Shown here: piece by piece, positions 1 to 8,756 of the stretch
How positions within the stretch are numbered: the first letter of the stretch is position 1
Layout of the letters: each line of letters starts with the position of its first letter
Assembly: GCA_902540995.1 (NCBI GenBank)
Contig: CACBOY010000006.1
Coordinates: 2,869-66,868 of the forward strand
DNA from: an uncultured SAR86 cluster bacterium
GTDB lineage: Bacteria > Pseudomonadota > Gammaproteobacteria > Magnimaribacterales > AG-339-G14
Reading direction: 5' to 3'
Length of the DNA: 64,000 nucleotides
The notes under the pieces: model-generated
What the model saw: the letters and a program-made list of their open reading frames with translations, nothing else
Databases searched by the model: none
Told to the model about the DNA's origin: nothing
Program-made: the position numbers and the translations under genes

Positions 1-439
1 CAGCTGGACTCTCAAACTTAGCAACATCTCCCTCACCCTTACCTATAAGCGCTCTAGCTAAAGGAGAGGAGAAAGAGATTTTGCCCTCATTTACATTTGC
101 TTCATCTTCACCAACAATTTTGAAAATCACTTCTTCATCTTTTCCTAAATCATAAAGATCCAACGTGACGCCAAAAATTACTCTGCCGGAAGGCGCTATA
201 GCGGTTACGTCTATAACTTGTGAATTCGTTAATTTGGACTCTATCTCTCTGATTCTTGCTTCTGTCAGCCCTTGTTGTTCTTTAGCTGCGTGGTATTCAG
301 CATTTTCCTTCAAATCACCAAGCTCTCTGGCTGCAGCGATTTCTTTGGACAATTGGATTCTTACATTTTTTGTAAGGTGTTCGTGTTCTGCGCGTAAGGC
401 TTTCTCACCTTCTACGGTCATTGGGGCTTTGTCAGTCAT
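1..439 (-). CDS. greA: Transcription elongation factor GreA (partial; C-terminus lies beyond the left window edge)
   Basis: Not listed in the ORF track because there is no stop inside the window. The reverse complement from the ATG at 439 reads MTDKAPMTVEGEKALRAEHEHLTKNVRIQLSKEIAAARELGDLKENAEYHAAKEQQGLTEARIREIESKL..., a typical GreA N-terminal coiled coil. It lies 4 nt downstream of carB, the carA-carB-greA order known from Pseudomonas. Confidence 0.9.
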   Translation of the reverse strand, partial: MTDKAPMTVEGEKALRAEHEHLTKNVRIQLSKEIAAARELGDLKENAEYHAAKEQQGLTEARIREIESKLTNSQVIDVTAIAPSGRVIFGVTLDLYDLGKDEEVIFKIVGEDEANVNEGKISFSSPLARALIGKGEGDVAKFESPA

Positions 440-443
440 ATCC

Positions 444-3400
444 TCAATGGATATCTTGAAGTTTTTTTACCCTCCAATCAACCTGATTTTCTATTACCTT
501 ACATATCGCTCTTGCCCCTTCAATAGTGGTAGAACTACAAATCTTCTGATCCAAAGCGGTCCTTCTAATTGATGCAGAATCGGTAATTGATTCTCTTCCT
601 TCGGTGGTATTGACCACAAGACTGATTTCTTTATTTTTCATCAAATCAACGATGTGTGGCCTGCCTTCCAAAACTTTATTTATTTTCTTTACTTTAAAGC
701 CCATATCTTCTAGATCTCTTGCAGTTCCTCTGGTCGCTACTAACTTAAAGCCTGAATTAGTTAAACTTTTAGCAAGTTCTTTCAAATAAGTTTTGTCTGT
801 ATTTCTGACACTCAAGAACGCAGATCCCTTCAAAGGTATCGATACTCCGGCAGCTATTTCAGCCTTTTCAAATGCTTCGACAAATGAAGGTGCTATTCCC
901 ATGACCTCGCCAGTTGATCGCATTTCTGGACCTAAAATAGGATCAACTGCTTGGAATTTTTCAAAAGGAAGCACTGCCTCTTTTACCGAATAAAATTTGG
1001 GTTTTTTGAATTTAGTGATTCCTAAATTCTTTAAACTTTTACCGGACATTACTTGAGCGGCAATTTTCGCCAATGGAGAGCCAATAGCTTTTGAAACAAA
1101 AGGAATGGTTCGGGAGGCTCTAGGATTGACTTCCAATAAATATATTTTTTCATTTGCATAGGCCAGTTGGATATTGACCAAACCAGAAATTTTCATGTTC
1201 TTAATGACTTTAATTGCCGTGGCTTCAATTTCTGCAAGCAATTTTTTATCAATGCTGTAAGGGGGAATGGAACAAGCCGAATCTCCGGAATGAACTCCTG
1301 CCTGCTCGATGTGTTGAAGTACACCACAGATAATATGTGTTTTGCCATCGCTTATTGCTTCGACATCAAACTCAATTGCTAAATCCAAGAACTTATCTAT
1401 CAAAACTGGATTTTTTGTATCAACATCCAAAGCTTCGGTTAAGTATTTTTTTAAATCCTCATCATCGTAGACAATTTCCATGGCTCGTCCACCCAAAACA
1501 TAAGAAGGCCTTACGACGACTGGATAACCAATTCGATTGGCAATTTTAATCGCTTGGGCATTGTTCGATGCCATGCCATTGGCTGGTTGAAGCAATTTGT
1601 TTTCTTTTACAAATTTTTGAAACCTAGATCTATCCTCAGATAAATCGATTTGATCAGGAGAAGTGCCTAGAATTGGAACGCCATTTTTTTCCAAGTCTTT
1701 GGCAAGTTTGAGTGGCGTTTGTCCGCCGTATTGAATGATCAAACCTTTGGGTTTTTCAACTTCGTAAATTTCTAAGACGTCTTCTAAAGTGATTGGTTCA
1801 AAATAAAGCCTATCGGAAGTATCGTAATCGGTTGAAACCGTCTCTGGATTACAATTCACCATGATGGTTTCAAAACCCTCCTCTTTTAAAACTTGAGCCG
1901 CATGCACACAACAATAATCAAATTCAATTCCTTGACCAATTCTATTCGGCCCGCCACCAAGAACCATTATTTTTTTCTTCTTGGTAGGATTGGATTCACA
2001 CTCGTCTTGATAAGTTGAATACATGTATGCCGTTGAAGTTTCAAACTCAGCAGCGCAAGTATCTACTCTTTTGAAGATCGGTTTGATTTTTAATCTTCTT
2101 CTTTTCGCTCGAATGTCTTTTTCAGACTTGCCGGATAGCTCCGCAATTCTTTTATCTGAAAAACCAATTTTTTTGGCTTCAAGGAATAAATCTCTAGAAG
2201 AAAGGAATTTTTTGGATTTTATGATTTTTTCGTAATTAATGATTTCTTGGACTTCTTTTAGAAACCAGAGATCAATACCAGTAAAAGCTTGGATTTCAAT
2301 GATATCCATCCCTTTTCTAAAAGCCTCTCCAATAAACCAAAGTCTCTCAGGAGTCGGCGTAATCAATCTCGGTTTAATAGCTTTGATATTTTTAGCTTGT
2401 TCAGGCGATTCGAAACCTGAGGAGCCAATTTCTAGACCACGCATGGCTTTTTGTAACGATTCTTTAAAGTTGGAACCAATGGCCATGACCTCTCCAACCG
2501 ATTTCATTTGTGAGGTCAGAGTAGGATTGGCACCTGCAAATTTTTCAAAATTAAATCTTGGAATTTTTGTGACTACATAATCAATCGTTGGCTCGAAAGA
2601 GGCAGGTATGGAATCTTTGCTGATATCGTTTTGCAATTCATCCAAGGTGAAACCAACGGCAAGTTTTGCCGCTATCTTGGCAATCGGAAAACCTGTTGCT
2701 TTGGATGCCAAAGCAGAAGATCTGGAAACTCTGGGATTCATTTCAATCACAACCATCTCTCCGTCTTCTGGATTAATGGCAAACTGAACGTTGGATCCTC
2801 CGGTCTCTACTCCAATTTCTCTTAGGATAGCCATTGAGGCATTTCGCATCATTTGGTATTCCTTGTCGGTCAGTGTTTGTGCTGGCGCTACAGTAATCGA
2901 ATCCCCAGTGTGAACTCCCATGGGATCGAAATTTTCAATGGAACAAATAATGATGCAGTTATCGGCCTTATCTCTAACAACTTCCATCTCATATTCTTTC
3001 CAGCCCGCAAGGTACTTATCGATATAAAGCTCTGAAGTTGGTGATAGATCCAAGCCTCTGTGACAAATCTCTTCAAACTCATCACTGTTGTAGGCAATTC
3101 CTCCACCAGAACCACCCAAAGTAAAGTTGGGTCTAATGATGCATGGATAGCCAACCAGTTGTTGCACTTCCCAACACTCTTCAATGTTGTGAGCCAGTTT
3201 AGCTAGAGGTACATTAAGGCCAATTTTTTCCATTGCTGCAGCAAAGAGTTCTCGATCTTCGGCTTTATCGATCGCTTCTTTGGTAGCACCAATCAATTCA
3301 ATGTTGTATTTTTTGAGAATTCCTTTTTTATTGAGATCCAGAGCTACGTTCAGTCCGGTTTGACCGCCCATGGTCGGTAAAATCGCATCGGGTTTTTCGA

Positions 3401-3638
3401 TTTTAATAATCTTTTCTAAGGATTGCCATGTAATGGGTTCAATGTAGGTAGCTTCTGCCAAGCCAGGATCGGTCATAATTGTTGCTGGATTGGAATTGAC
3501 CAAGATGACTTTGTAACCTTCTTCTCTTAAAGCTTTGCAGGCCTGAACTCCAGAATAATCAAATTCACAAGCTTGACCAATGATTATTGGCCCTGCGCCA
3601 ATGATCAAAACGGATTTGATATCAGTTCTTTTTGGCAT
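444..3638 (-). CDS. carB: Carbamoyl-phosphate synthase large subunit
   Basis: 1064-aa ORF starting [30 protein letters not shown], with duplicated ATP-grasp halves (second half [22 protein letters not shown]). Overlaps the carA stop by 17 nt. Confidence 0.97.
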   Translation of the reverse strand: MPKRTDIKSVLIIGAGPIIIGQACEFDYSGVQACKALREEGYKVILVNSNPATIMTDPGLAEATYIEPITWQSLEKIIKIEKPDAILPTMGGQTGLNVALDLNKKGILKKYNIELIGATKEAIDKAEDRELFAAAMEKIGLNVPLAKLAHNIEECWEVQQLVGYPCIIRPNFTLGGSGGGIAYNSDEFEEICHRGLDLSPTSELYIDKYLAGWKEYEMEVVRDKADNCIIICSIENFDPMGVHTGDSITVAPAQTLTDKEYQMMRNASMAILREIGVETGGSNVQFAINPEDGEMVVIEMNPRVSRSSALASKATGFPIAKIAAKLAVGFTLDELQNDISKDSIPASFEPTIDYVVTKIPRFNFEKFAGANPTLTSQMKSVGEVMAIGSNFKESLQKAMRGLEIGSSGFESPEQAKNIKAIKPRLITPTPERLWFIGEAFRKGMDIIEIQAFTGIDLWFLKEVQEIINYEKIIKSKKFLSSRDLFLEAKKIGFSDKRIAELSGKSEKDIRAKRRRLKIKPIFKRVDTCAAEFETSTAYMYSTYQDECESNPTKKKKIMVLGGGPNRIGQGIEFDYCCVHAAQVLKEEGFETIMVNCNPETVSTDYDTSDRLYFEPITLEDVLEIYEVEKPKGLIIQYGGQTPLKLAKDLEKNGVPILGTSPDQIDLSEDRSRFQKFVKENKLLQPANGMASNNAQAIKIANRIGYPVVVRPSYVLGGRAMEIVYDDEDLKKYLTEALDVDTKNPVLIDKFLDLAIEFDVEAISDGKTHIICGVLQHIEQAGVHSGDSACSIPPYSIDKKLLAEIEATAIKVIKNMKISGLVNIQLAYANEKIYLLEVNPRASRTIPFVSKAIGSPLAKIAAQVMSGKSLKNLGITKFKKPKFYSVKEAVLPFEKFQAVDPILGPEMRSTGEVMGIAPSFVEAFEKAEIAAGVSIPLKGSAFLSVRNTDKTYLKELAKSLTNSGFKLVATRGTARDLEDMGFKVKKINKVLEGRPHIVDLMKNKEISLVVNTTEGRESITDSASIRRTALDQKICSSTTIEGARAICKVIENQVDWRVKKLQDIH

Positions 3639-4746
3639 ATTTGTTTACCTGAGCGATGAAAGTATCAAAGAGCGATCGCAACTCTTGCGGTCCTGGACTT
3701 GCTTCTGGATGACCTTGAAAACCAAACACGCGATTTTTCTGAAAAGAAATTCCTTGAATGGAACCATCGAATAAAGATCGGTGGGTAATAGAAATATCTT
3801 TTGATAAGGACTTTTCTGAAATCGTAAAACCATGGTTTTGACTGGTTATTGCCACTTCGTTGGTGATGAGATTTTTTACCGGATGATTAGCACCGTGGTG
3901 ACCGAATTTCATTTTTTCAGTTTTCATGCCCAACGCTAAGCCTAAAAGTTGGTGACCCAAACAAATACCAAACAAAGGTATTTTTGTTTCTCTAATTAAT
4001 CTGGAAATCGTTTCTATTGGTTGATGACATGGTTCAGGATCTCCTGGACCATTGGATAAAAAAACGCCATCTGGTTTTTTACTAAGAATGGTTTCAAAGT
4101 CGGTGTTGGCCGGCATAACCTCTACCTCACATTCGCGATCCACCAACAGACGAAGAATATTGTGTTTGACACCAAAATCAAGCGCGATGATTTTGTATTT
4201 TAGTTTTGGCTTCTTTGTGCCATAACTTGGTTTTTTCCATAAGTAAGATTTTGCGGTCGTTACCTTGGAAGCCAAATCTTTCCCTTTGAGGCTGCCAAAT
4301 CTTTCAAACAATTTTTCAATGTCTTTTTTTGGTTTTTTCTTATAGGAAATAAAGGCCGGTTGAGAACCTTTATTTCTCAAAACTCTGGTTAACTTTCTAG
4401 TATCGATATTTTTTATGCCTGGCACTTTATTGGCCTTTAAAAAATCAGCTAAAGAGAGTTCATTTCTCCAATTGCTCTCCACTCGCGTTAGGTCTCTGAT
4501 TACCACACCACTTGCACCGCCAACGGCAGATTCATGATCATCGATATTGGTCCCAACGTTTCCAATATGCGGATAAGTAAAACAAATGAGTTGATCGGTA
4601 TAAGACAAATCGGTGATGATTTCTTGATAGCCCGTCATTGAAGTATTGAAAACCAGTTCACCTACTTTTTCTTTGGTGTAACCAAAAGCTTCACCATCGA
4701 AGACTTCACCTGATTTTAGGATGAGCTGAGCAGGTTTAGCTCTCAT
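3622..4746 (-). CDS. carA: Carbamoyl-phosphate synthase small (glutamine amidotransferase) subunit
   Basis: 374 aa with GATase motif [12 protein letters not shown] and C-terminal [12 protein letters not shown]. Lies upstream of and overlapping carB. AGGTG Shine-Dalgarno sequence 4 nt before the ATG. Confidence 0.96.
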   Translation of the reverse strand: MRAKPAQLILKSGEVFDGEAFGYTKEKVGELVFNTSMTGYQEIITDLSYTDQLICFTYPHIGNVGTNIDDHESAVGGASGVVIRDLTRVESNWRNELSLADFLKANKVPGIKNIDTRKLTRVLRNKGSQPAFISYKKKPKKDIEKLFERFGSLKGKDLASKVTTAKSYLWKKPSYGTKKPKLKYKIIALDFGVKHNILRLLVDRECEVEVMPANTDFETILSKKPDGVFLSNGPGDPEPCHQPIETISRLIRETKIPLFGICLGHQLLGLALGMKTEKMKFGHHGANHPVKNLITNEVAITSQNHGFTISEKSLSKDISITHRSLFDGSIQGISFQKNRVFGFQGHPEASPGPQELRSLFDTFIAQVNKYAKKN

Positions 4747-4831
4747 GAAACACCTGCTTCAAATGGGTAAAAAAAAACGCGAACAAAGTAGAAACTATGG
4801 ATCGCGTTTTAAAATCTAATGCCGTTTGCAT
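4736..4831 (-). CDS. Candidate 31-aa leader peptide crossing the carA attenuator-like hairpin
   Basis: Hand translation of the minus strand gives ATG(4831) [34 protein letters not shown](4738-4736). Codons 10-18 span the hairpin, and FFF is encoded by the U9 tract. The stop lies 8 nt inside carA. No clear Shine-Dalgarno sequence. Too short for the supplied ORF track. Confidence 0.2.
   Translation of the reverse strand: MQTALDFKTRSIVSTLFAFFFTHLKQVFHES
4769..4810 (-). terminator. Terminator-like hairpin plus U9 tract in the carA 5' leader (candidate attenuator)
   Basis: Minus strand reads AAAACGCGA-(19 nt)-UCGCG followed by nine U (4777-4769), about 22 nt before the carA ATG. No upstream minus-strand gene exists for it to terminate, since map diverges on the plus strand. 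Confidence 0.35.
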
Positions 4832-4835
4832 TAGA
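4815..4835. promoter_or_regulatory. Perfect 8-bp inverted repeat (candidate operator) in the carA/map divergent spacer
   Basis: TCTAATGC-cgttt-GCATTAGA at 4815-4835. A third direct copy, TCTAATG, sits at 4843-4849. Confidence 0.35.
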
Positions 4836-4884
4836 ATGTGACTCTAATGAAATAACTCTGTAAAGTCCATTAAAAATTTAACTT

Positions 4885-5649
4885 ATGATTAAAAATTCGG
4901 AAGATATAAAAGGCATGAGAGTCGCAGGCAAGCTTGCTGCTCAGACTTTGGAGATGATCGGTGAACATGTAAAACCAGGAATTTCCACCGGTGAACTAGA
5001 CAAAATTTGTCACGACTACATCGTAGATGAGATCGATTGCATTCCAGCACCTTTAAACTACAAAGGTTTTCCAAAATCAATTTGCACCTCAATCAATCAA
5101 GTGGTTTGTCATGGCATTCCCACTGAAAATAGAATTCTAAAAAGTAACGACATCATAAATATCGATGTCACCGTCATCAAAGACGGCTATCACGGCGATA
5201 CCAGCAAAATGTTTATGGTTGGCAAAGCCCAACCGCATGCACAACGCCTCGTTGATATCACTCAAGAATGCCTTTATCGCGGTATTGAACAAGTTAAGCC
5301 AGGAGCTAGATTGGGTGACATTGGTCATGCCATTCAAGTCCATGCCGAGGGCAATCATTATTCAGTGGTAAGAGAATACTGCGGACATGGCATTGGTAAA
5401 GTCTTCCATGAAGATCCACAAGTTTTGCATTACGGCCAACCCAATACCGGCATGTCATTGCAAGAAGGCATGTGCTTTACCATCGAGCCCATGATCAACT
5501 TAGGTACTTACAAAACCAAGCTTTCCAAAACCGATGGTTGGACGGTCGAGACTGCAGATGGCAGATTATCTGCCCAATGGGAACATACCATCCTGGTGAC
5601 TCAAGACGGCTTTGAAGTTCTTACCCAAAGAAGCGAAGAAAGTTTTTAG
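4885..5649 (+). CDS. map: Methionine aminopeptidase, type I
   Basis: 254 aa with metal-ligand context: VCHGIP, DIINIDVTVIKDGYHGDTS, YCGHGIG, FTIEPM, QWEHT. Confidence 0.95.
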   Translation: MIKNSEDIKGMRVAGKLAAQTLEMIGEHVKPGISTGELDKICHDYIVDEIDCIPAPLNYKGFPKSICTSINQVVCHGIPTENRILKSNDIINIDVTVIKDGYHGDTSKMFMVGKAQPHAQRLVDITQECLYRGIEQVKPGARLGDIGHAIQVHAEGNHYSVVREYCGHGIGKVFHEDPQVLHYGQPNTGMSLQEGMCFTIEPMINLGTYKTKLSKTDGWTVETADGRLSAQWEHTILVTQDGFEVLTQRSEESF

Positions 5650-5652
5650 GCT

Positions 5653-6822
5653 ATGAATAATTTAATTGCTGAGATTCAATCTTATCCCTTTGAAAGATTG
5701 AGAAAACTCATTAGCCCGAAAAGATCGCCAGCAGAGATCAATTTATCCATTGGCGAGCCAAAGCATCCTGCCAGTCCAAAAATTTTAGACGCCGTCAATC
5801 AGAACAAAGAATTATTCAGTCACTACCCTCCGATGGCAATGGTGCCTGAACTGAAAAAAAGCTACCAAAATTACTTAGCCAATAATTTCAATCTGAAAAA
5901 TATAAAAGATGAAGAAATCTTTTTGGTTGGTGGCACCAGAGAAGGCACCTTTTCTGCCATTCAAACCATGGTCAATAGAGAAGCAGTTACTGAGAAACCT
6001 TATGTTTGTATGCCGAACCCTTATTATCAAATTTACGGTGGCGCGACTTTGTTTGCCGGAGCCAAACCTCATTTTTTAAATTGTTTTGAAGAAAATAATT
6101 TCCTAATGGATTTGGAAAATGTCGCACAAGAAATTTGGGAGAAATGTCAGTTGCTTGTGCTCTGCTCGCCTTCCAATCCTACCGGTAAAGTAATGACTAA
6201 AGACGAACTTTGTAAGGTGGTAAAGCTCTCCAAAGAATTCGGTTTTAAAGTTTTAAGCGATGAATGCTATATAGATATCTATTTTGGTGAAAAACCCACT
6301 TCCCTCTTGGAAGCTGCCATGGAAGTTAACGGCAGCTTGGAAAATGTTTTAGCGCTGCACAGTCTTTCAAAGCGTTCCAACTTACCTGGCTTTAGGTCCG
6401 GTTGTGCTACGGGAGATGCCAGTATCATTGCCGCCTTCTCAAAATATCGTATGTTTCATGGTGTCAGTGTGCCCTTGCCCATTCAAAATGCGAGTACTTT
6501 GGCTTGGGCAGACGACAAAACCGTTGAAGACAATCGAGCCGCCTATGCAGAAAAATTTAAATTGGCTGAAGAAATTTTAGCCAAAGACTCTTTGACCCCA
6601 GATGGAGCTTTCTATCTTTGGTTGAAAGTTAAGGATGCAGAAGCTTTTACCAAAAAACTTTACGACGAAGAGCAAGTCATAGTATTACCAGGTAAATATT
6701 TAGGCGCAGAAGATGAAGGACAAAATCCTGCAGAGCAATATTTAAGAATTGCTTTGGTGCATGATATAGAATCAACAACAAAAGCATTAACGAGCATAAA
6801 AAAGGTTTTAGATAATGAGTAA
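5653..6822 (+). CDS. dapC: Succinyldiaminopimelate transaminase (class I aminotransferase)
   Basis: 389 aa with N-terminus SYPFERLRKL...INLSIGEPKH and PLP-lysine context SLSKRSNLPGFRSG. Lies immediately upstream of and overlapping dapD, the dapC-dapD pairing of pseudomonad-type genomes. Confidence 0.75.
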   Translation: MNNLIAEIQSYPFERLRKLISPKRSPAEINLSIGEPKHPASPKILDAVNQNKELFSHYPPMAMVPELKKSYQNYLANNFNLKNIKDEEIFLVGGTREGTFSAIQTMVNREAVTEKPYVCMPNPYYQIYGGATLFAGAKPHFLNCFEENNFLMDLENVAQEIWEKCQLLVLCSPSNPTGKVMTKDELCKVVKLSKEFGFKVLSDECYIDIYFGEKPTSLLEAAMEVNGSLENVLALHSLSKRSNLPGFRSGCATGDASIIAAFSKYRMFHGVSVPLPIQNASTLAWADDKTVEDNRAAYAEKFKLAEEILAKDSLTPDGAFYLWLKVKDAEAFTKKLYDEEQVIVLPGKYLGAEDEGQNPAEQYLRIALVHDIESTTKALTSIKKVLDNE

Positions 6823-7702
6823 TTGGACTGGTTTAGGCATTGGCACAAAAAACAGTGACGGTGACTGGATCGAAATGTTTTTTGCGGAAGAAAATATTTC
6901 TTCTGATGATCTTGAGTCATCCGATGCTGCTTTTGAAAAAGTCTCTGTCAGTGATGACAAAGCCCCTACTTCTTTACCCGAAGCCTATTTGAAACTGCAT
7001 TTGCTTTCTTATCGCTTAGTCAAACCAAATGAAACTAATCTCGATGGTATTTTTGGAATTTTACAAAACGTCGTTTGGACTTCTGAGGGTCCATTCTCGA
7101 TTGCTGATTTCAAAAAAGCACAACTTGAGGCAAGAAAAGAGAACCGACATATCTTGGTCCACAGCGTTGATAAATTTCCGCGTATGACCGATTACGTAAC
7201 TTTATCCGATGTTCGAATTGCCGATGCCAACCGCGTGAGATTGGGAGCTTATCTCGGAACCGGAACAACGATCATGCACGAGGGCTTTGTGAACTTTAAT
7301 GCCGGTTCTTTAGGCGAAGCGATGATCGAAGGCAGAATTTCTCAAGGTGTCGTCATTGGCGATAAAACCGATATTGGCGGGGGCGCTTCCACCATGGGGA
7401 CTTTATCCGGTGGTAACGATGTCAGAATTTCTCTTGGGAAAAATTGTCTGCTTGGTGCTAATTCTGGTTTAGGAATTCCTCTGGGTGATAGATGCACAGT
7501 CGAGGCTGGACTTTATCTGACAGCATCTTCCAAAGTAGAAGTTATAAATGATAAGGGTGAGATTTCTGAAACGGTGAAAGCGTCTGAACTTGCTTCGAAA
7601 TCTGATCTTTTATTCATAAGAAATTCTTTAACGGGTTCCATTCAATGTCGCCCGAATAAAAAAATCATAGAACTTAACGAAGAATTGCACTCCAACGATT
7701 AA
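6815..7702 (+). CDS. dapD: Tetrahydrodipicolinate N-succinyltransferase (long, Pseudomonas-type DapD)
   Basis: 295 aa. EAYLKLHLLSYRLVKPN, VDKFPRMTDYV, RVRLGAYLGTGTTIMHEGFVNFNAG and hexapeptide repeats closely match my recollection of pseudomonad DapD. Confidence 0.88.
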   Translation: MSNWTGLGIGTKNSDGDWIEMFFAEENISSDDLESSDAAFEKVSVSDDKAPTSLPEAYLKLHLLSYRLVKPNETNLDGIFGILQNVVWTSEGPFSIADFKKAQLEARKENRHILVHSVDKFPRMTDYVTLSDVRIADANRVRLGAYLGTGTTIMHEGFVNFNAGSLGEAMIEGRISQGVVIGDKTDIGGGASTMGTLSGGNDVRISLGKNCLLGANSGLGIPLGDRCTVEAGLYLTASSKVEVINDKGEISETVKASELASKSDLLFIRNSLTGSIQCRPNKKIIELNEELHSND

Positions 7703-7721
7703 CTTAATCGTATAGTCATCA

Positions 7722-8324
7722 ATGAAGGAAGCTTCTAATCCAATTCCTGCGGGTCGACTGCAAAGAGCAGCTTCAAGCCAAGAAACTTATATCTCTAAGT
7801 TTCGTCAGGTACTAGCTAGACATGGCCTTACCATGGCTTCGATAGCGATTATTTGTCTTTTGCTGCCGTCCATTCAAACTGCCTTATTTTCTTCACTGGA
7901 TAATTTAATTAGAAATCCTCCTAAATATCTTCTTTGGAGTTTAATAGTTGCTACTTTTATATTTGGATTTCTGAAATATACGAAAAGAGAAATCGATCTT
8001 CGTCAATTAATCTGGGTTGGATATCTCTTCATGATTTCTTTGGTTGAAGAAATTGCATTCAGGCTTTCTCTGCCCCTTCTGATCACATCAGAAATTACTG
8101 GTATAAGTTTCTATTGGATTGGAGCTCTCATTAGCAATCTTATTTTTGCAACCACTCACTATTTCACTTTGCGCTGGAAACTCAATGCTTGTATCTTTAC
8201 TTTTCTTGGCGGTATGGGTTTTAGCAGAATGTTAGATACAACCGGAGATCTTACTGCGGTTATTCTTCTACATTGGGCGGTAACTTTTTTAAATACCCCA
8301 ACACCGCCAAGAAATAGTCAATAA
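7722..8324 (+). CDS. CPBP-family intramembrane glutamic protease (CAAX/Abi-like)
   Basis: 200 aa, polytopic. Has the EExxxR motif (VEEIAFRLSLP) and downstream His motifs (ATTHYF, LLHWAV). Confidence 0.6.
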   Translation: MKEASNPIPAGRLQRAASSQETYISKFRQVLARHGLTMASIAIICLLLPSIQTALFSSLDNLIRNPPKYLLWSLIVATFIFGFLKYTKREIDLRQLIWVGYLFMISLVEEIAFRLSLPLLITSEITGISFYWIGALISNLIFATTHYFTLRWKLNACIFTFLGGMGFSRMLDTTGDLTAVILLHWAVTFLNTPTPPRNSQ

Positions 8325-8333
8325 ATCTAAATT

Positions 8334-8693
8334 TTAATTTAATGCAAAGTGCTGAATCTTAATTTGATCCGTTGTGCTATCAAATTCGACCATATCAAGG
8401 TTTCTATCTCCATTGCTTACCTCAACAATGTAATTCATAAATGCTGTAGTTCCCTCTCGATGCCATCTTCCTGAAAATATTCCTGCAAGGAAATTACCAT
8501 CTGCTGTTGATCCTCTTCCTGAGCCAAAACATGATCCGGAATTTCTTTCACCGCTGGATTGAACATTTATTGAAAATCTTACTTTTCCATAGGACGGCAT
8601 ATCAGCCTTTGCGCTAATCACCATTCCATCTGCTTTTACTTCAATTGAAGTTACTTCAGCAAGGGTGTCATCTTGTCTTTTTTTAAGTTCCAT
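8334..8693 (-). CDS. Hypothetical soluble protein, 119 aa (no family recognised)
   Basis: Good AAGGAG Shine-Dalgarno sequence 6 nt before the ATG. Possible own promoter TTGCGA-17 nt-TAAGAT in the 63-nt gap after the POT gene. Gly/Ser-rich centre (SSGERNSGSCFGSGRGSTADG). No signal peptide or TM segment. Confidence 0.55.
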   Translation of the reverse strand: MELKKRQDDTLAEVTSIEVKADGMVISAKADMPSYGKVRFSINVQSSGERNSGSCFGSGRGSTADGNFLAGIFSGRWHREGTTAFMNYIVEVSNGDRNLDMVEFDSTTDQIKIQHFALN

Positions 8694-8756
8694 AATATCT
8701 CCTTATTTTTCAATTAATCTTAAAACTTAATATTTCTGTTCGCAATATATAGCAGC

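Noticed and set aside
165-572. Many 60-140-aa ORFs in the supplied track lie antisense to, or out of frame within, large conserved genes. Examples: 165-572, 2239-2580, 2888-3184, 15049-15462, 16904-17242, 31183-31530, 42011-42379, 52233-52538, 59876-60181, 61384-61716.
   Set aside because: Each is fully embedded in a gene with unmistakable conserved motifs (greA/carB, valS, lpxB, rpsB, obg, rpoA, rpsM). They have low-complexity, hydrophobic or Ser/Phe/Leu-rich translations typical of shadow frames, and none has a recognisable ribosome-binding site or family.
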